A stretch of DNA of 63,962 nt, counting the filler, from an uncultured bacterium (GTDB taxonomy: Bacteria > CAZDME01 > JAYEMH01): NCBI GenBank assembly GCA_964506785.1. It is 3 parts of 3 records of this genome, joined end to end, with 100 filler letters (N's around TTAATTAATTAA, not from the genome) between each part and the next. Parts side by side here need not be neighbours in the genome. Positions count along the whole stretch, not along the records: positions 31,571 to 60,248 come from CAZDME010000012.1; positions 60,349 to 63,962 come from CAZDME010000086.1; 1 more part is not named here. One strand, given 5' to 3'. The position numbers and the translations under genes are program-made. Each line of letters begins with the position of its first letter. The stretch's first letter is position 1. The notes under the pieces were generated by a model that had not been told where the DNA came from, did not search any database, and worked only from the letters and a program-made list of their open reading frames with translations. Positions 57,950 to 63,962 of the stretch are shown here, one piece after another.

Positions 57950-60248
57950 TTAAAAGGTGTGTCCCATTCTAAAATGAACCCGGCCCTCTTCTGGCTCACC
58001 CGGGTCAACATCAAGAGGATATCCATAATCGAGGTTCACCGGGCCCATGGGCGTAGCAATTCTCACCCCTAAGCCAACACCGGTATGGAAATCAGCGCCA
58101 TCAAAATCATCCGGATTAGCCCAGACATAACCTGAATCACAAAATACCGCCCCCTTGATTATCGACCGCCTCTTTTCCTCGTCTTGAATCAAAGGAAAAG
58201 TAAGTTCGATGTTGCCTATGGTCAGGAAACGGCCGCCAATCGGATCTCCGTTGGCATCTTTGGGGCCAACCTTTCTTTCTTTATAACCCCGGATTGTTTG
58301 TCCTCCGCCGGCATAAAATCTTTCATAAATTGGGACTCTAACCGTATCGTCAAATTTATCTACAAAACCGGCGCGAAAATGCAAATCTAAAACAATTTTA
58401 TCTATTGGCGTAAAAAACCAACGGCTGTCTAAATTATATTTAACGAAATCTTTATCCCCTTCAAGAATCCCCCCGGCATATTCCGCAGAGAGAAGATTAC
58501 GAGAACCTCGAGAAGGCTCAAAAACATTATTTCGGGTATCACGCACTAAAGCTAAACGCAGAGAACTAATGATGTTTTTACCTTCCTCGACCCAGATGTC
58601 ATTCGAGGCTGCAGGCTCAATGTCTCCTATTTTGACCATCTCATTTTTATAGGTAAGATAAACGCTTAAATCCTCACCCAAACTCTTACCTAAGCGGATT
58701 GCTCCACCAGTCCTCTCTTCTTCATATTCTTCCCGGACCCAACTTCTTCTGTAGACGTCAAAACCGAAAGAAAGCGGCCAGTCGAAAATCCAGGGCTCGG
58801 TGAAACTCAATCGGTAATCCTTTCTTCTGGTCCCAAATTCCGCTCGAAGGTTTATACTCTGGCCGTCCCCGGTAAACCGCGGGAAATTCAACAAATCGAA
58901 ATTCCTCTGTTCGAGCTCCACAAAACCTATCGCCCGATCTACCGAACTGTATCCTGCCCCCAGACCAAACGAACCAGTTTTATCTTCTCCCACCCTGAAA
59001 ATTAAATTGCGCTGATTAGGCGCTGTTCCCGGCAGCGTATCAATCTCCACACTTTTAAAAAAGCCTAAATTATAAAGTTTCTCACGGCTTTCCTCAATTT
59101 TTTTCCCATCGAAAATTTCTCCAGATTTCACTTTAACTTCTCTACGGATAACGATATCTTTAGTTTTTGTATTGCCTTCAATCAAAATTTCCTCAATGTA
59201 AGCGACTTCTCCTTCTTTGACATTATAATGCAGCCTGATAGTCGCTTCCTTGGTTCTTTGAATATCCGGCCAGACCCGGACAAAAATATAGCCATCTTGG
59301 GCATAAAGCCTGAATATCGCGCTGATATCCTCGCGAAGTTTTCCCTCGCTGTAAACCATTCCCGGCCGCATCTGAAGGTGTTTAACGATATAGTCTTTGG
59401 TGAAAAGTTTATTTCCGCTGATTTCCAAATCCTGGAGATGATAGAGAGCGCCTTCATCAAAGGTAATCGTGATATAAAGAAATTTTTTCCTTTCGTCCAA
59501 ATTTACTTCGTAGCTGTCTATTTTCGCGTCAAGAAAACCGCGGTCTTTATAGAAAGAAACGAGCTTGGCTAAATCCCCCTCAAAATCCTTCTCTTTAAAA
59601 AAACCCTTATTAAAAAATTTCTTTTCTCTGGTTTTCATCAGTTTTTTAAGCCGCCGGGAGGTAAAGCTTTTTATTCCAATAAATTCGATTTTTTTAATCC
59701 GGGCGCGCCGCCCTTCTTTAATCTGAAAAGTAACAATCCTTTCCCCATCCCTTCGGGAGATGTGCGATTTTACCTCGGCATAGTGATATCCTAATTCTTG
59801 ATATCGGCTTTTTATTTTCCTGACGTCCTCATGAATAATTTGTTCATTCAACATTTCTCCCTGGCGGGAGCTGATTAGCTCTAAAATCTTCTTGGAACGC
59901 AATCCCTGATTACCCTCAATAATAAGCTCGGTAATGATTGGCTTTTCGACAACTACAAAAATAACCTTGGTTTGATTACTGCCTGAATCAACAGTTTCCA
60001 CTTGGACATCAGAAAACATCCCTAAAGCGTAGATTCTCTTTAAATCCTCTCTAGCCTTGAGCGGGGAAAAAGGAGCCCCTTGTTTTGTCTCTATCTGGGA
60101 AAGAATCAAAAAAGAACTAACCGCCTCATTTCCAGAAACCTCGATAGTTCCTACTACTTTTTCCTCGGCGGCTAAAGCCCCCGCATTTACCAGGCAGCTA
60201 ATGAAGACAAGTACTAAGGAAATAAGAAAAATTGTTTCAGCTCTTTTC
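57950..60248 (-). CDS. bamA: Outer membrane protein assembly factor BamA (start codon cut off by the contig edge)
   Basis: Frame extends upstream to KRAETIFLISLV...ALA|AEE signal peptide; POTRA repeats, IRGY motif, TPMGP, C-terminal F. Confidence 0.96.
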
Positions 60249-60348
60249 NNNNNNNNNNNNNNNNNNNNNNNNNNNNNNNNNNNNNNNNNNNNTTAATTAA
60301 TTAANNNNNNNNNNNNNNNNNNNNNNNNNNNNNNNNNNNNNNNNNNNN
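60249..60348. other. Artificial contig-joining linker
   Basis: N44-TTAATTAATTAA-N44. Confidence 0.98.
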
Positions 60349-60670
60349 TAACTTTAAAATTGATGTATGGGCTGTAACCCTTTTCGCCTAATTGTTCAAT
60401 ATGTTTTCGCAAATCTGGCACATTTATATCAATCCTCCCACCAAGTTTAAGAACACACAGCCAATGTTTTAGAGTACGGATAGCTTCTTTATGGGTGAGA
60501 TGTTCTAACACATGTCTAGCGTAGATTTCGTGAACGCTGTTAGGCTTAAAAGGAATAGCCCAAGCCCTACAGACGTATTTGACAGATTCTCCTGGGTATA
60601 TATCGCAATGAATCCACCCAGGCCGGGGAGACTTTCCAGAACCAACCTCGACAAAAATTCTACTGTCCAT
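60349..60670 (-). CDS. SAM-dependent methyltransferase of a polysaccharide locus (3' truncated)
   Basis: VEVGSG, IYARHVLEHL, VLKLGG..INVPD. Confidence 0.8.
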
Positions 60671-60705
60671 GTTGTTTTTGCCATTTATTGCTTAGAAAAA
60701 TATAA

Positions 60706-61890
60706 TTAGGAAATAGAGCCGCTTATTTCATACGGGGCATTACCATATCTCTCCCCTTTGATATGAAGAGTCCAGCCACGATGAATCCAAAGGAGGTGTT
60801 CTATCCGATTCTTTGAGGTGACAATGAGCGACACATGATATGTCCCGGGATTAAACCAAAGTGAATCTAAAGAAATGCGAAACATTTTTTGGCCCTTAGG
60901 AAGCTTAAGATAATCTCCGTTAAACCAACTGTTCCATTCAGCAACTGACTCTCCAGAAGGAGAAATGAAACTTAGTTTTAAGGTTACGGAATCAAAAATC
61001 TCTTTTGACTCCAACTCAAGATTTATCTCTAGCGGTTGACCAGAGGTTAAGAAAAAATTTCTATCTTCCTTTTTTGCTTTGATTTCATAATTCAATAAAT
61101 GTACCCCCTTAGAATAAACATTTTTTCCCTGGTCAACAAAGAAAGAAAGGTAATCTTGAATTGCTTTTTCTGGAGAACCCTGGAAAATAACCTTGCCGTA
61201 ATTCAAAACCATACACCGGGAAGATATCCGGGCAATAGCAGACATATCGTGTGACACAACCACCACGGCGCAATTTTTCATTAGTTCGGCTATTCGATTG
61301 TAACATTTGGCCCGAAAATTTACATCACCTACGGCAAGCACCTCATCCACCAAGAGAACATCTGGCTGGGAGTGTACGGCAATAGCGAAAGATAAGCGCA
61401 CAAACATGCCGCTTGAATAAAATTTAACCGGTGTGTCTAAAAAATCACCAATATCAGCGAACTTTACAATATCGTCAAATTTTTTATCAGCTTCCTGTTT
61501 ACTCATCCCCAACATTGCCGCATTAATATAAATATTTTCTCTACCGGTAAGCAAAGAATGGAATCCCGCCCCTACGTGAATAAGAGCGCCGACCCTTCCT
61601 CTAAGGGTAATTTTGCCCTTATCCGGCCAGAAAATACCATTCAGCATTTTAAGGATTGTAGTTTTGCCGGCACCGTTTGGGCCAATAATACCTAACACCT
61701 CTCCTTTTTTCAATTCAAATGAAATATCACTGACTGCCCAGAATTCACCTTTCCTTAATTTGTCCGAACGAGAACTTAATCCCAGCATGTTCCTTCCAAT
61801 ATCCTTAAGGCCATAAAGCATAGACCGTTTTAGTAATTTACAATATTTTTTTGAGACATGCTCAACCTTTATATTAAGTTTATCATTCAT
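60706..61890 (-). CDS. wzt: Polysaccharide ABC exporter ATPase with C-terminal Wzt_C-like domain
   Basis: GPNGAGKTT, YSSGM, LVDEVLAVGD, VSHD plus a ~140-aa beta-rich extension. Confidence 0.9.
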   Translation of the reverse strand: MNDKLNIKVEHVSKKYCKLLKRSMLYGLKDIGRNMLGLSSRSDKLRKGEFWAVSDISFELKKGEVLGIIGPNGAGKTTILKMLNGIFWPDKGKITLRGRVGALIHVGAGFHSLLTGRENIYINAAMLGMSKQEADKKFDDIVKFADIGDFLDTPVKFYSSGMFVRLSFAIAVHSQPDVLLVDEVLAVGDVNFRAKCYNRIAELMKNCAVVVVSHDMSAIARISSRCMVLNYGKVIFQGSPEKAIQDYLSFFVDQGKNVYSKGVHLLNYEIKAKKEDRNFFLTSGQPLEINLELESKEIFDSVTLKLSFISPSGESVAEWNSWFNGDYLKLPKGQKMFRISLDSLWFNPGTYHVSLIVTSKNRIEHLLWIHRGWTLHIKGERYGNAPYEISGSIS

Positions 61891-61891
61891 T

Positions 61892-62737
61892 TCAGACTCT
61901 TTCTGCCACTCTGGTTTCGGTTAGATGGAAAATAACAAGACAAATTATAAAAACGATAATCGAAAAGATAGAAGCCACTAAAAAACCCTTCCATTCAGAG
62001 ATAGCTCCTTTCAAAACTAAATCTCTAGGTGCGGAAACCAAATAATATAGTGGATTATACTTAGTAAGCGAAACAAGCGCGCCTAGTTTTGGCTTTGTAT
62101 AAAAGACGGGGGTTAAAAACATTAAAAAGGTTATAACTATGGAAAGGCTGTTTCCAACATCTCGAAAGACGCCGTTAAAAACTGACAAAATAAAAGCAAG
62201 CCCCAGAGAAAATAAAACCAGCGGCATTATTACCAGAGGAATTAATAAAGCCCCTATGTTTGGTGTAACGTGGTAGTAAATAAACAGCATCGCCAAGAGT
62301 ATCCATTGTATTAAAAACGAAACTAACGATTGACTGAAAGAGGCAATCACTAATGATTTTTTAGAAAAATTAATTCTTACTATCACCGAACCTGCTTTAA
62401 CCAACGAATTTGAACCGGCTATTAAACCTGTCGAGAAAAGCTGCCAAAAAGCCAGTCCAAGCAGGGCATAAATGGGGTAGGGAACATCAATGGAACCAAT
62501 AGAGAAAATACCGGAGCGGTTCAAAACAATAAAGGTTACGACGCTGACAACAGGAATGATAAGAGACCAGAAAACACCGATAAACGACTGCTTGTATATA
62601 CTGAAGAAATCTCTTTTAAAGAGTTGAAAAGTGAGCCAGCTATTGTCTTTGAATTCGCAAAATATTTCTTTAAAAATAAACAGATATCCCCTTTTAAGCG
62701 AATTATCTGGCTGGTAGGTTTTTATTTTCTCACTCAT
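61892..62737 (-). CDS. wzm: Polysaccharide ABC exporter permease
   Basis: YKQSFIGVFW, PYPIY, FRDV, FLTPVFY, NPL; six TM segments. Confidence 0.9.
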   Translation of the reverse strand: MSEKIKTYQPDNSLKRGYLFIFKEIFCEFKDNSWLTFQLFKRDFFSIYKQSFIGVFWSLIIPVVSVVTFIVLNRSGIFSIGSIDVPYPIYALLGLAFWQLFSTGLIAGSNSLVKAGSVIVRINFSKKSLVIASFSQSLVSFLIQWILLAMLFIYYHVTPNIGALLIPLVIMPLVLFSLGLAFILSVFNGVFRDVGNSLSIVITFLMFLTPVFYTKPKLGALVSLTKYNPLYYLVSAPRDLVLKGAISEWKGFLVASIFSIIVFIICLVIFHLTETRVAERV

Positions 62738-62755
62738 TCCTTTACCAATTTATTA

Positions 62756-63913
62756 TTACGAATGAGATTTAACTATTCCGATTACCGCTTCAATTACATC
62801 TTGAACATCTTTATCGGTTAACTTGGCTGAAAGCGGCAAAGATATGGTTCTGTCGGAAACCCATTCTGCATTAGGAAAATCGCCCCTTTTATATCCAAAA
62901 GTCTTTTGATAATAAGGATGGAGGTGTAAAGCGATGTAATGAACTCCTACCCCTATGTTTCGCTTAGTCATTTCATTCAAAAAATCGTCTCTGGTTATCT
63001 TTAAATTATCAATATCAATGAGGATAGGATAAAGATGATAGGCATGACGTGTTTTTCCCTCGGGAGGAAGGGGTGTAAAGAGCGGCAGGTCTTTTAAAAC
63101 CTTATTATACCTTTCCCAGATTTCTCTTCGCCTTTTCCAGTATTTATCAATTCTGGGTAACTGATAAATTCCAATAGCTGCCTGCATATCCATCATATTG
63201 TATTTAAAGCCAGAACCAAGGATTTGATAATGTTTATATCCTGTATCATTAAATCTTCTCCAGGCATCTTTATCCATCCCTTGCAATCCCAGAATCTTAA
63301 TCTTATCGGCATAGTCTTCATTATTGGTAATAACCATTCCGCCTTCGCCGGTAATAATATTTTTGGTTACATAAAAACTAAAACAGCCTAAATCTCCAAA
63401 GGTGCCAGTTTTCCTGCCATAATATTCCGCCTCTGTAGCATGAGCAGAATCCTCTATTATTTTGAGATTGCCTCTCTGGGCAATATCAATTATGGAATCC
63501 ATCTTACAGGGGCGCCCGGCAAAGTGTACCGGGATTATAGCTTTTGTTTTTGGGGTGATTTTTTTTGCGATTTCCTCGGGTTGAATATTCATTGTTTCTT
63601 TTTCACAATCACAAAGAATCGGCTTGGCTCCTGCTTGTATTACCGCGTTAGCCGTAGCGGCAAAAGTCATAGTAGGAAGAATCACTTCATCGCCTGGTTT
63701 TAAATCTAAAGACAAGATAGAAAGATGTAAGGCAGCGGTACAAGAACTCAAAGCCAGGGCAAATTTCACCCCTTTATATTCCCTAAACATCTCTTCAAAT
63801 TTTTGAACCTTGGGACCAGTACCTATCCAGCCAGCTTTCAATAAAGAGGTTACTTCATCAATTTCCGGCTGTTCAATGAGGGGGTTGCCAAAAACTAAGA
63901 AATGCTTTCTCAT
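62756..63913 (-). CDS. DegT/DnrJ/EryC1/StrS sugar aminotransferase
   Basis: SSCTAALH, EDSAHA, SFYVTKNIITGEGG, GFKYNM, SLPL. Confidence 0.93.
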   Translation of the reverse strand: MRKHFLVFGNPLIEQPEIDEVTSLLKAGWIGTGPKVQKFEEMFREYKGVKFALALSSCTAALHLSILSLDLKPGDEVILPTMTFAATANAVIQAGAKPILCDCEKETMNIQPEEIAKKITPKTKAIIPVHFAGRPCKMDSIIDIAQRGNLKIIEDSAHATEAEYYGRKTGTFGDLGCFSFYVTKNIITGEGGMVITNNEDYADKIKILGLQGMDKDAWRRFNDTGYKHYQILGSGFKYNMMDMQAAIGIYQLPRIDKYWKRRREIWERYNKVLKDLPLFTPLPPEGKTRHAYHLYPILIDIDNLKITRDDFLNEMTKRNIGVGVHYIALHLHPYYQKTFGYKRGDFPNAEWVSDRTISLPLSAKLTDKDVQDVIEAVIGIVKSHS

Positions 63914-63962
63914 GAGGTTTGAATTGGAGCTTCCTTTATTTCCAGTTGGGGAATTATTATTA

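Overview
The window is three unrelated contig pieces joined by artificial 100-nt N-TTAATTAATTAA-N linkers (31471-31570, 60249-60348). It comes from a diderm, LPS-making bacterium; a PVC/Omnitrophota-like MAG is my inference from gene content, not a tested assignment. Piece 1 (1-31470, all + strand) is housekeeping: argB, rsmA, a lone gatC, a complete Na+-type V/A-ATPase operon, rsmI, eno, ftsB, two CAT tRNAs, tilS-ftsH-folE-folP-cdaA-cdaR-pdxJ-acpS-nnrD, tRNAs Thr-Tyr-Gly-Thr, tuf, rpmG, tRNA-Trp, secE-nusG-rplKAJL and a BamD-like TPR gene where rpoB usually sits. The ATPase operon is interrupted between subunits I and K by four type IV pilin-like genes. Piece 2 (31571-60248, all - strand) is a large lipid A/LPS-core cluster: bamA, skp, lpxD, lpxC-fabZ, lpxA, lpxI, gnnB/gnnA-like genes, lpxB, msbA, waaA, lpxK, an LpxL-ELM1 fusion, two GT4, four GT9 and one GT2. 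It is followed by a Fur-box promoter ahead of queF-trxA-panD-yggS and putative metal-binding proteins. Piece 3 is part of a Wzm/Wzt polysaccharide locus. Most notable: (i) the pilin cassette inside the ATPase operon; (ii) a dispersed MITE-like element with ACCCCGTTAGAAA inverted termini that sits just after gene ends and donates start codons, stop codons and N-terminal peptides; (iii) intergenic 7-nt-period repeats and hairpins; (iv) a predicted diaminoglucose lipid A. All protein calls come from motif recognition; no database searches were run.
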